The notes beneath the pieces were generated by a model, which saw only the letters and a program-made list of their open reading frames with translations, was not told the origin of the DNA and did not search any database. The position numbers and the translations under genes are program-made. From positions 310,001 through 374,000 of the forward strand of contig NIVC01000201.1 in assembly GCA_002269645.1 (NCBI GenBank): DNA of 64,000 nucleotides, in the 5' to 3' direction. Each line of letters opens with the position of its first letter. Positions within the stretch are counted from its first letter, which is position 1. This DNA comes from Macrostomum lignano. Lineage: Eukaryota. Shown here in pieces: positions 25,502 to 37,281 of this stretch.

Positions 25502-25876
25502 GCCTGATGTTAAAAAGTGAGATCCCCAAAATGCCAAATCAAGCTGAAATTTAATTCATTGAATTCAGCTATGCTGTTTAGCTTGCAATATTTTTCCTTT
25601 ATCACTTGAGTATGATAAAAAACAGACAAATAGTTTAACAAACATTTAATGTTTTAAACAAAAACCTTTTTTGTTTTATTTAGCTATCTAAAATTGGAAT
25701 AAGGTGTAATAAATAAGCTGTTGAGCTTTTATTAGAACAAATATTGGTAAGATAATCTTAATAAAAATCTAGCTAAGAGAATCTTATTACTCTTGAAAAA
25801 TCATTTACTTAAATAATTTTAGTATAAAATTTTATCATACCCTCAAAACAAAATCATTTTTTAACTTTTCAGAAAT

Positions 25877-26685
25877 GGCTTCTAGACAAACAGCAAATCG
25901 CTACATCCGTGAATATCTGTTGACTCTGATGTCAGCAGACAGCACTGCTAATTGTGTAGAGGATGAGAGTTTGTCTGAAGTTTCTGTCTGAAGTTTCTGC
26001 TTTATTTTAACTTTCTGAAGCTGAGGAGTTTGCAAATCCGCACGTGTGGAAAGACCTGGCTCCAGATGCTGGTGAAGACAATTCGGAAATCCCATATTGC
26101 TACTCGCACGAAAGTAGTGGTGAATCTTCTTATACAAGCGACGAGAGTCAGGTTCTGCAACAAGCAATCCGCAAACAAGCCGCCCTTCGCTGGCGGCGAA
26201 GCTTCTGACTTTCATGCTGATATTTTCTGTTAGCAAAAGAGCTATGCAACACCTTTTAGTAATTCTGAACGAGGAGGGTGCAGTACCGAAGTTGGTCAGC
26301 ACTTTGAAACGCTAATGTCAACCTATTTCACATCAAATATTTTCATGCACACCATAAATACTGTCTCACATTCGAAACGCTTTTGTTACTACTACTCCTC
26401 GCCCGCTATACTTTTCCTGCGCGTCGCCGGACAATTGTTTTATTACTCAATGTGGTCATGTACTCGCTATTTCAGCTGGATCTATCGAGTATGGGCGCAC
26501 AAAAGTTATTGGTAAAATTTTTCAATTTGTTAGAGACGTACTCTTTTGCATATAGCTCTTCATCAATAGGCATTGGTATATATAAACTGACAAACAATAG
26601 CGTTTATGATGCCGCGACAAAGTCCAAATGTATTCTGATACCACGTGAGAGCAATGAGTATTTCATTTTTTCTCGCCAATCCTGA
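25877..26685 (+). pseudogene. Internally deleted, frameshifted relative of the CACTA-type transposase
   Basis: N-terminal part MASRQTANRYIRE...LLTFMLIFSVSKRAMQHLLVIL...VSTLKR resembles NRQVARE...LLLFYITFNITSAAMNYLLRLL...VYMLKR. C-terminal part SPDNCFI...YSSSSIGIGIYK...KCILIP resembles SPNNCAI...YPSKSIGIGYYK...KAILIP. The catalytic core is absent, with the junction near 26330. Confidence 0.75.
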
Positions 26686-27133
26686 TTTGGCTCTCTTTTT
26701 GCCATCCTAATCCTATTTTGACTCCATTCTACTTCGGGTGTGTCATAAGTAATGCCACTGCATCCTTCTGTCTAAAGTATGTAGGCATATGCACTTAAGG
26801 GTGGTCCAGCTGCACGCTGCAACGTATATTCACCATAAATCTCAACAAGACGCCTGTGCCAAGCAGATTCGCATGGACTTTTCCAAAAGAAGTTTTCGCA
26901 AAGTATGAAGAGGTCAACAGGCCGTGTTGCACTAATTCCGGCAGCTGGAGGAAAAAAACCTGCAGGCTGAGGTTGAGAAGCTGTATGAGCACTGCCAGAG
27001 GTCTGCAGTTGGGCGCTCTTCTCGCTGAGCGTCGGTCTCTACGGCAGTCCGCTTAGCTTTTTGCTGTCGGAGTCCAGCCAGGCGCTCTTCGTGCTAAGCG
27101 CCAGTTTCCACGGCCTAATTATCCCAAGACAAC

Positions 27134-27295
27134 AAGCATCCCCCAGATAGCAAGCATCACCCAGATAGCAAGCATCCCCCAGTTAGCAAGCATCCCCCCA
27201 GATAGCAAGCACCCCCCAGATAGCAAGCATCCCCCAGATAGCAAGCATCCCCCAGATAGCAAGCATCCCCCAAATAGCAAGCATCCCCCAGACAA
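27134..27295 (+). repeat. About 18 bp tandem repeat
   Basis: Unit CAGATAGCAAGCATCCCC, about 9 copies. Confidence 0.9.
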
Positions 27296-27354
27296 TAAGT
27301 AGCTAGTGCAACAATTTCCTTAGCTCTACAGTGGTTCCTTTAAAATTGGCATGA

Positions 27355-29745
27355 TGCTTACTTTTACGTTTGAAATTGTGTATCTTTTATGGTGGCTCTT
27401 TAATGTTTGACATAGTGGCTCTTTTATGTTCTACATGGTGGCTCTTTTATGTTTGACCTGGTGGCACCTTAATGTAATGATGGCTCTTTAATGTTTGAAA
27501 TGGTGGCTCTTTAATATTTGACATGGTGGCTCTTTAATGTTTGACATGGTGGCTCTATAATGTTAGACATGGTGGCTCTTTAATGTTCGACATGGTGGCT
27601 CTTTAATGTTTGACATGGTGGCTCTTCAATATTCGACATGGTGGCTCTATAATGTTCGACATGGTGGCTCTTTAATGTTAGACATAATGGCTGTTAATTT
27701 TTGACATGGTGCCTCTTTAATGTTTGACATGGTGGTCCTTTTATGTTTGACATGGTGGCTCTTTTATGTTCGACATGATGGCTCTTTAATGTTTGACATG
27801 AAGTCACATATATGTTGGACATGGTGGCTCTTTAATGTTCGACATGGTGGCTCTTTAATGTTAGACATGGTGGCTCTTTAATGTTAGACATAGTGGCTCT
27901 TTAATGTTAGACATGGTGGCTCTTTAATGTTTGACATTAAGTCACATATATGTTGTGACATGGTGGCTCTTTAATGTTATACATGGTGGCTCTTTAATGT
28001 TAGACATGGTGACTCTTTAATGTTCGACATGATGGCTCTTTAATGTTTGAAATTGTGGCTCTTTAATGTTAGACATGGTGGCTCTTTAATGTTAGACATG
28101 GTGGCTCTTTTAGGTTTGACATGATGGCACTTTTATGTTTTGACATAGTGGCTCTTGAATGTTAGACATGGTGGCTCTTTAATGTTCGACATGATGGCTC
28201 TTTAATGTTTGACATGGTGGCTCTTTAATGTTAGACAAAGTGGCTTTTTATTGTTTGACATGGTGGCTCTTTTATGTTTGACATGGTGGCTCTTTTATGA
28301 TTGACATGGTGGCTCTTTTATGTTTGACATGGTGGCTCTTTTATGTTCGACATGATGGCTCTTTAATGTTTGACATGAAGTCACATATATGTTGGACATG
28401 GTGGCTCTTTAATGTTCGACATGGTGGCTCTTTAATGTTAGACATGGTGGCTCTTTAATGTTAGACATAGTGGCTCTTTAATGTTAGACATGGTGGCTCT
28501 TTAATGTTTGACATTAAGTCACATATATGTTGTGACATGGTGGCTCTTTTATGTTTGACATGGTGGCTCTTTAATGTTATACATGGTGGCTCTTTAATGT
28601 TAGACATGGTGACTCTTTAATGTTCGACATGATGGCTCTTTAATGTTTGAAATTGTGGCTCTTTAATGTTAGACATGGTGGCTCTTTTATGTTTGACATG
28701 GTGGCTCTTTTAGGTTTGACATGATGGCACTCTTATGTTTTGACATAGTGGCTCTTGAATGTTAGACATGGTGGCTCTTTAATGTTCGACATGATGGCTC
28801 TTTAATGTTTGACATGGTGGCTCTTTAATGTTAGACAAAGTGGCTTTTTATTGTTTGACATGGTGGCTCCTTTATGTTTGACATGGTGGCTCTTTTATGA
28901 TTGACATGGTGGCACTTTTATGTTTGACATGGTGGCTCTTTAATAGTAGACAAAGTGGCTCTTTAATGTTTGATATGATGGCTCTTTTATGTTTGACATG
29001 GTGGCTCTTTAATGTTTGACATGGTGGCTCTTTTATGTTGGACATGGTGGTTCTTTTATGTTCGACATGGTGGCTCTTTTATGCTTGACATGGTGGCTCT
29101 TTTCTGTTTGACATGGTAGCTCTTAAATGTTTGATATGGTAGCTCCTTAATGTTTGACATGGTAGCTCTTTTATGTTCAACATCGTGGCTCTTTATTGTT
29201 TGACATGGTGGCTCTTTAATGTTTAACCTGGTGGCTCTTTTATGTTTGACACGGTGGCTTTTAATGTCTGACATGGTGGCTCTTTTATGTTTTACATGGT
29301 GGCTCTTCTATGTTTGACATGGTGGCTCTTTAATGTTTAACCTGGTAGCTCTTTTATGTTTGACACGGCGGCTCTCTAATGTTTGACAAAGTGGCTATTT
29401 AATGTTCGAAATAGTGGCTCTTTAAAGTTTGACATAAAGTCACATATATGTTTGACATGGTGGCTCTTAAATGTTTGACATGGTGGCTCTTAAATGTTTG
29501 ACTTGGTGGCTCTTAAATGTTTGACATGGTGGCTCTTAAATGTTTGACATGGTGGCTCTTAAATGTTTGACATTGTGGCTCTTAAATGTTTGACATGGTG
29601 GCTTTTTAATCGTTGACATGGAGTCACGTATATATTTGACATAGTGCTTATTTTATGTTTGGCATGGTAACTCTTTTATATTTGAAATGTTGGCTCTTTA
29701 ATGTTCGACATGGTGGCTCTTCTATGTTTGACATTGCGCTTCTAT
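27355..29745 (+). repeat. 22 bp minisatellite array, about 2.4 kb
   Basis: Consensus GACATGGTGGCTCTTTAATGTTT, with recurring variant units such as GACATGAAGTCACATATATGTT. Confidence 0.95.
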
Positions 29746-30778
29746 TATGTTTAGCAGTTTTGTTGTGTTTTTAAGGTGTTTTGATAAAAAAATCTTTTTG
29801 CACTACTAATGATTCGAACCCAGGTCGCTACGTTGGCAGTCCAGTCTGTTCGGATCTAGGGTATCTCTTTTCAATTGAAGAACATGAATTGTGGCCCTTA
29901 TAATTCAATTCTTACTGCAAGTCAATTGAAGTAAAAAGTTATGACATAATCAATTTCTCAGTCAGCCAGTATCAGTCTCAATTTGAGTTAGCAATATTGG
30001 TTACGCAATTTAAATCAAGTCGTGTGTGCATTTCTTCGGCACTGTTTTCAACTTGTTGTGATGCAATCTTTATCACAATCAGAATTCAGCCAGTCAGTTT
30101 TTTCTCTAGCATTCTTACAATGAATTTTCGGTCGAAAGAGCTGCTTGACCTTTGCAAAAAAGCAGGTTTTTCGAATATTTAATCCCTTTAAAATTTAGCA
30201 ATTTCTTAGCCAAGATGCATGTACCGTCCCAGGAAAATTTCTGGTCAAATGGTCCAAGTTTGAAGAAAATCGGTTTAGCCAATTTTTCTGAAATCTATTG
30301 CATGTATACCTACCGACAGACTCACAAAAGGTTATTTGATTGCTATTATCTCCTTGAGATTTTTTATTAGAATTATATAGCATAAAAATTACACATTTGT
30401 ACAACGCAATGTAGTTCATCCGTAAGAATGCAGTGGTAAGTATTTAAATAAAGATAAGTAGACTTGCTACACAGAAAGCAAGGTTTATCTGTGAAAAGAA
30501 TAAAAATGGTCAGTTAAGTCATTTTTTAAACAGTAACCTAGAGATTAGTCAATACTAGCAATCTACGCCCCCCGTTGGGGCGCCAAAGAAATACAATACA
30601 CGTTTTTTAATAAGCTACATATATCCTTGAAATCTTAACAAATCTCCTGTCAAACCTTGTAAGCCTTGACATGTCAATAATTCCCCCCCACAAGCTTTAA
30701 CACATCAACTTCCCCCCTTGACATCTCAGCCTTGGAAGGCATTTTAGCCTTGGAAATCTAAAAATATCTGTCAACCTT

Positions 30779-30839
30779 CTAACCCTAACCCTAGCCTAAC
30801 CCTAACCCTACCCTAACCCTAACCCTAACCTAACCCTAA
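30779..30839 (-). repeat. Interstitial telomere-like (TTAGGG)n tract
   Basis: About 10 imperfect CCCTAA units on the plus strand. Confidence 0.85.
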
Positions 30840-31284
30840 AGCATTGAAATTTCAGTAATTCTCTCTGAGAGTCATTATAGCACTACTACAGCATTATAGC
30901 GATTCCCTGCAAGCCTCGACATCGTAGGGATTCCCAAATGAATCTCTTAAGTTCGACATGAAGCTTCTTCTATTTTTTACATTACGCTTTTTTTTATCAG
31001 CGCCCCCCCCCGTGGCGAGCCAACAAAGAATGCAATAAAAAATTGAGTAAAGTACATGAACTTTGAAGTAGCCTCTGACTTTTGCTTTGACATCTCAGAA
31101 ACCCCCCCCCCCCGTAATCTCAGTTATTCTCTGAGAGCCTTGACGTCTCAGTAATTCTCCCCAGCACAGCATTATAGCTTCATTTAATTTTTACATGACA
31201 CCCTTCATGTCTGACATGACGCTTCTTTTATTCTACCACGATGCTTCTTAATATTTTAAATAACACTTTCATTACTTTTTAAAT

Positions 31285-32480
31285 GAGGCTTCTATGATTT
31301 TTTCATGACGCTTCTATGATTTTTACATGACGCTTTTATGATTTTTTACATGACGCTTCTATGATTTTTTACATGACGCTTCTATGATTTTTTACATGAC
31401 GCTTCTATGATTGTTTACATGACGCTTCTATGATTTTTTACATGACGCTTCTATGATTGTTTACATGACGCTTCTATGATTGTTTACATGACGCTTCTAT
31501 GATTTTTTACATGACGCTTCTATTATTGTTTACATGACGCTTCTATGATTGTTTACATGACGCTTCTATGATTGTTTACATGACGCTTCTATGATTTTTT
31601 AAAAATAACGCTTCTATGATTTTTATATAACGCTTCTACGATTTTTTACATGGCGCTTCTATGATTGTTTACATGACGCTTCTATGATTTTTTAAATGAC
31701 GCTTCTATGATTGTTTACATGGCGCTTCTATGATTGTTTACATGACGCTTCTATGATTTTTTACATGACGCTTCTATAATTTTTTCATGACGCTGCTACG
31801 ATTTTTTACATGACGCTTCTATGATTGTTTACATGACGCTTTTATGATTTTTGTACATAACGCTTCTATGATTTTTTACAAGATGCTTCTATGATTTTTA
31901 CATGACGCTTCTATGATTGTTTACATGACGCTTCTATGATTGTTTACATGACGCTTCTATGATTGTTTACATGGCGCTTCTATGATTGTTTACATGACGC
32001 TTCTATGATTTTTTACATGGCGCTTCTATGATTTTTACTTGGCGCTTCTATGATTGTTTACATGACGCTTCTATGATTTTTTCATGACGCTGCTACGATT
32101 TTTTACATGACGCTTCTATGATTGTTTACATGACGCTTCTATGATTTTTTACATGACGCTTCTATGATTTTTTACATGACGCTTCTATGATTCATTACAT
32201 GACGCTTCTATGATTGTTTACATGACGCTTCTATGATTTTTTACATGAAGCTTCTATGATTGTTTACATGACGCTTCTATGATTTTTATATAACGCTTCT
32301 ACGATTTTTTACATGTCGCTTCTATGATTGTTTACATGATGCTTCTATGATTTTTTAAATGACGCTTCTATGATTGTTTACATGACGCTTCTATGATTTT
32401 TTAAATGACACTTCTATGATTGTTTACATGACGCTTCTATGATTTTTTACATGACGCTTCTACGATTTTTACATGACGAT
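31285..32480 (+). repeat. 21-22 bp minisatellite, array 1 (about 1.2 kb)
   Basis: Consensus ACATGACGCTTCTATGATT(G/T)TTT. Confidence 0.95.
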
Positions 32481-33327
32481 TCTTTTTAAAAAGTCTTTTA
32501 GTTTTCCTGACGTTAAAAAGCTTTAATTAAAAAAAATTATACTCTATGAAAGTTCGAACCATCGTTTCTGCATTTAGCAGTTCAGTCTGTTTACCTCTAG
32601 GCTAGCTCTCATCATTTTGATAACATTAAATTTTGCACTTATATAATTCAACACTTTAAAATCCAAGCATAGAGTAAATCACACGAAGCAGTTATGACAT
32701 AATCAGTTTTTCAGTCAGTCGGTATCAGTTAACAATATGGTTACGCAATTTAAATCAAGTCTGGTGCTACGCTTCCACACTGCATTTTCAATTCAAGTCG
32801 GAGTTACAATTCAGTTATGATGCAATCTATTTCAGAATCAGAATTCAACCAGTCAGTTTTTTCTCTAGCCTTCTTACAATGCATTTCAAGTCGAAAGAGC
32901 TGCTTGACCTTTGCAAAAAAGCATGTTTTTCGAATATTTAATGCCTTTAGCATCGAGCAATTTCTTAGCCACGATGCATGTACAGTCACGGGAAAATTTT
33001 TGATCGAACAGTGCAAGTTCGAACAAAATCGGTCCAGCCATTTTTTCTCTAATCGATCACATAGATAGATAGACACAGACAGACCATTTTTAGTATATAG
33101 GACTAGCAATCTACGCCCCCCGTTGGGGAGCCAAAGAAATGCAATACACGTTTTTTTAATAAGCTACATGTATCCTTGAAATCCTAAAAAATCTTCTGTC
33201 AAACCTTGTAAGCCTTGACATGTCAGTTATCCCCCCCCCACAAGCTTTAACATATCAACTTCCCCCCTTGACATCTCAGCAATGCCCCCAATAAGCCTTG
33301 GAAATCTAAAAATATCTGTCAACCTTC

Positions 33328-33381
33328 TAACCCTAACCCTAGCCTAACCCTAACCCTAACCCTAACCCTAACCTAACCCTA
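33328..33381 (-). repeat. Interstitial telomere-like (TTAGGG)n tract
   Basis: About 9 imperfect CCCTAA units, at the position equivalent to the tract in unit 1. Confidence 0.85.
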
Positions 33382-34239
33382 AAGCATTGAAATTTCAGTA
33401 ATTCTCTCTAAGAGTCATTATAGCACTACTACAGCATTATAGCGATTCCCTGCAAGCCTCAACATCGTAGGGATTCCCAAATGAATCTCTTAACTTCGAC
33501 ATGAAGCTTCTTTTATTTTTTACATTACGCTTTTTTATCAGCGATCCCTCCCCTGAGGAGGCATCAAATAATGTAATAAAAAGTTTTCAATAAACTACAT
33601 GTAGCTTCTGACTTTAGCCTTGAAATCTCATTTATACCCCGTGAGCCTTGACATCTCAGCTATTCCCCCCGTAAGCCTTGACATGTCAGCAATGGCCCCC
33701 ATAAACCTTGAAATCTAAAAAATCCCCTGTTAACCTTGAAACCCGATAAAATATAACCCTCAACCCACACCTGACCTAAACCTAACTTTAACCCAACATA
33801 AAGCCTTGAAATCTCAGCAATTCTTCTCCCCTAAGCCTTGACATTTTAGTGATTCCTTCTTTAAGAATAACAGCACTATAACGATTTCCACCAAGCTTTG
33901 ACATCGTAGCAATTCCCAAATGAATCTTTCAACTTCGACATGACTTTTCTTTTATGTATACATAGTGCTACTTTTATTTTTTACATGACTCTTCTTCTAT
34001 CAGCGCCCCCCCCCCGTGACATGAACTTTGAAGTAGCTTCTGACTTTTGCTTTGACATCTCAGAAACCCCCCCGTAATCTCAGTTATTCTCTGAGAGCCT
34101 TTACGTCTCAGTTTTTCTCCCCAGCACAGCATTATAATTGCATTTAATTTTTACATGAACCCTTCATGTCTGACATGACGTTTTTTATTCTACCGTGACG
34201 CTTCTTAATTTTTTAAATGACACTTTCATTAGTTTTTAA

Positions 34240-36665
34240 ATGAGGCTTCTATGATTTTTTCTTGACGCTTCTATGATTTTTACATGACGCTTCTATGATT
34301 TTTATATGACGCTTCTATGATTGTTTACATGACGCTTCTATGATTGTTTACATGACGCTTCTATGATTGTTTACATGACGCTTCTACGATTTTTACATGA
34401 CACTTCTATGATTGTTTACATGACGCTTCTATGATTTTTTACATGGCGCTTCTATGATTGTTTACATGACGCTTCTATGATTGTTTACATGACGCTTCTA
34501 TGATTGTTTACATGACGCTTCTACGATTTTTATATGACGCTTCTATGATTTTTTAAATGGCGCTTCAATGATTTTTTAATGACGCTTCTATGATTTTTAC
34601 ATGACGCTTCTATGATTTTTTACATGACGCTTCTATGATTGTTTACATGACGCTTCTATGATTGTTTACATGACGCTTCTATGATTGTTTACATGACGCT
34701 TCTATGATTGTTTACATGACGCTTCTATGATTGTTTACATGACGCTTCTATGATTGTTTACATGACGCTTTTATGATTTTTTGAATGACGCTTCTATGAT
34801 TTTTATATGACGCTTCTATGATTTTTTACATGACGCTTCTACGATTTTTATGACGCTTCTATGATTTTTTAATGACGCTTTTATGATTTTTAAATGACGC
34901 TTCTATTATTTTTTAATGACGCTTCTATGATTGTTTAAATGACGCTTCTATGATTTTTTACATGACTCTTCTATGATTTTTTAAATGACGCTTCTATTAT
35001 TTTTAATGACGCTTCTATGATTGTTTAAATGACGCTTCTATGATTGTTTACATGACGCTTCTATGATTGTTTACATGACGCTTTATGATTGTTTACATGA
35101 CGCTTCTATGATTGTTTACATGACGCTTCTATGATTGTTTACATGACGCTTCTAAGATTTTTTACATGACGCTTCTACGATTTTTTACATGACGCTTCTA
35201 TGATTGTTTACATGACGCTTCTATGATTTTTTGAATGACGCTTCTATGATTTTTATATGACGCTTCTATGATTTTTTACATGACGCTTCTATGATTGTTT
35301 ACATGACGCTTCTATGATTTTTATATGACGCTTCTATGATTTTTTAAATGACGCTTCTATGATTTTTATATGACGCTTCTATGATTTTTTACATGACGCT
35401 TCTATGATTTTTATATGACGCTTCTATGATTTTTAAATGACGCTTTATGATTTTTAAATGACGCTTCTATTATTTTTTAATGACGCTTCTATGATTGTTT
35501 AAATGACGCTTCTATGATTGTTTACATGACGCTTCTATGATTGTTTACATGACGCTTCTATGATTGTTTACATGACGCTTCTATGATTGTTTACATGACG
35601 CTTCTATGATTGTTTACATGACGCTTCTATGATTGTTTACATGACGCTTCTATGATTGTTTACATGACGCTTCTATAATTGTTTACATGACGCTTCTATG
35701 ATTGTTTACATGACGCTTCTATGATTTTTTACATGACGCTTCTATGATTTTTTACATGACACTTCTATGATTGTTTACATGACGCTTCTATGATTTTTAC
35801 ATGACTCTTCTATGATTTTTTAAATGACGCTTCTATATTTTTTACATGACGCTTCTATGATTGTTTAATGACGCTTCTATGATTGTTTACATGACGCTTC
35901 TATGATTGTTTACATGACGCTTTATGATTGTTTACATGACGCTTCTATGATTGTTTACATGACGCTTCTATGATTGTTTACATGACGCTTCTATGATTTT
36001 TTACATGACGCTTCTACGATTTTTACATGACGCTTCTATGATTGTTTACATGACGCTTCTATGATTTTTTAATGACGCTTCTATGATTTTTATATGACGC
36101 TTCTATGATTTTTTACATGACGCTTCTATGATTGTTTACATGACGCTTCTATGATTGTTTACATGACGCTTCTATGATTTTTTAATGACGCTTCTATGAT
36201 TTTTATATGACGCTTCTATGATTTTTACATGACGCTTCTACGATTTTTATATGACGCTTCTATGATTTTTTAATGACGCTTTATGATTTTTAAATGACGC
36301 TTCTATATTTTTTAATGACGCTTCTATGATTGTTTAAATGACGCTTCTATGATTGTTTACATGACGCTTCTATGATTTTTTACATGACGCTTCTATGATT
36401 GTTTGCATGACGCTTCTATGATTTTTTAAATGACGCTCTATGATTTTTATATGACGCTTCTATGATTTTTCACATGACGCTTCTATGATTGTTTACATGA
36501 CGCTTCTACGATTTTTTAAATGACGCATCTATGATTTTTATATGACGCTTCTATGATTTTTTAAATGACGCTTCTATGATTGTTTACATGACGCTTCTAT
36601 GATTTTTTACATGACGCTTCTATGATTTTGTAAATGACGCTTCTATGATTTTACATGACGCTTCT
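34240..36665 (+). repeat. 21-22 bp minisatellite, array 2 (about 2.4 kb)
   Basis: Same consensus as array 1. Confidence 0.95.
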
Positions 36666-37281
36666 TTTTAAAAAGTCTTTTAGTTTTCCTGACGTTGAAA
36701 AGCTTTAATTAAAAAAATTATACTCTATGAAAATTCGAACCATCGTCGCTGCATTTAGCAGTTCAGTCTGTTTACCTCTAGGCTAGCTCTCATCGTTTTG
36801 ATAATCAAAATTTGCACTTATATAATTCAACACTTGAAAATCCAAGCATAGAGTAAATCACACGAAGCAGTTATGACATAATCAGTTTCTCAGTCAGTCA
36901 GTATCATTAACAATATGGTTACGCAATTTAAATCAAGTCTGGTGCTACGCTTCCACACTGCATTTTCAATTCAAGTCGGAGTTACAATTCAGTTATGATG
37001 CAATTCTATTTCAGAGTCAGAATTCAACCAGTCAGTTTTTTCTCTAGCCTTCTTACAATGCATTTCAAGTCGAAAGAGCTGCTTGACCTTTGCAAAAAAG
37101 CATGTTTTTCGAATATTTAATGCCTTTAGCATCGAGAATTTCTTAGCCACGATGCATGTACAGTCACGGAAAATTTTTGATCGAACAGTGCAAGTTAACA
37201 AAATCGGTCCAGCCATTTTTTCTCTAATCGATCACATAGATAGATAGACACAGACAGACCATTTTTAGTATATAGGAAGGA

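Larger units (their letters stand above)
27120..30375 (-). mobile_element. Non-autonomous Helitron-like element related to the 30555-47642 family; termini uncertain
   Basis: 29770-30300 is clearly homologous to 32520-33050 (GAAAGAGCTGCTTGACCTTTGCAAAAAAGC, GATGCATGTAC). It has the same module order: satellite, tRNA-like segment, 5' region. Confidence 0.6.
30555..33102 (-). mobile_element. Non-autonomous Helitron, unit 1 of a head-to-tail trimer
   Basis: 3' CTAG at 30555-30558, followed by T on the minus strand, with hairpin CGCCCC-ccgtt-GGGGCG (30566-30582). 5' TCCTATATACTAAAAATGG followed by a TCTG/TCTA microsatellite at 33102. Confidence 0.85.
33103..37281 (-). mobile_element. Non-autonomous Helitron, unit 2
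   Basis: CTAG at 33103-33106 directly abuts the 5' TC of unit 1, with the same hairpin. Its 5' end TCCTTCCTATATACTAAAAA is at 37281. Confidence 0.85.

Noticed and set aside
32804-33109. Short ORFs repeated at 32804, 36989 and 47342
   Set aside because: They lie in the non-coding 5' region of the non-autonomous Helitron and differ by frameshifts between copies.
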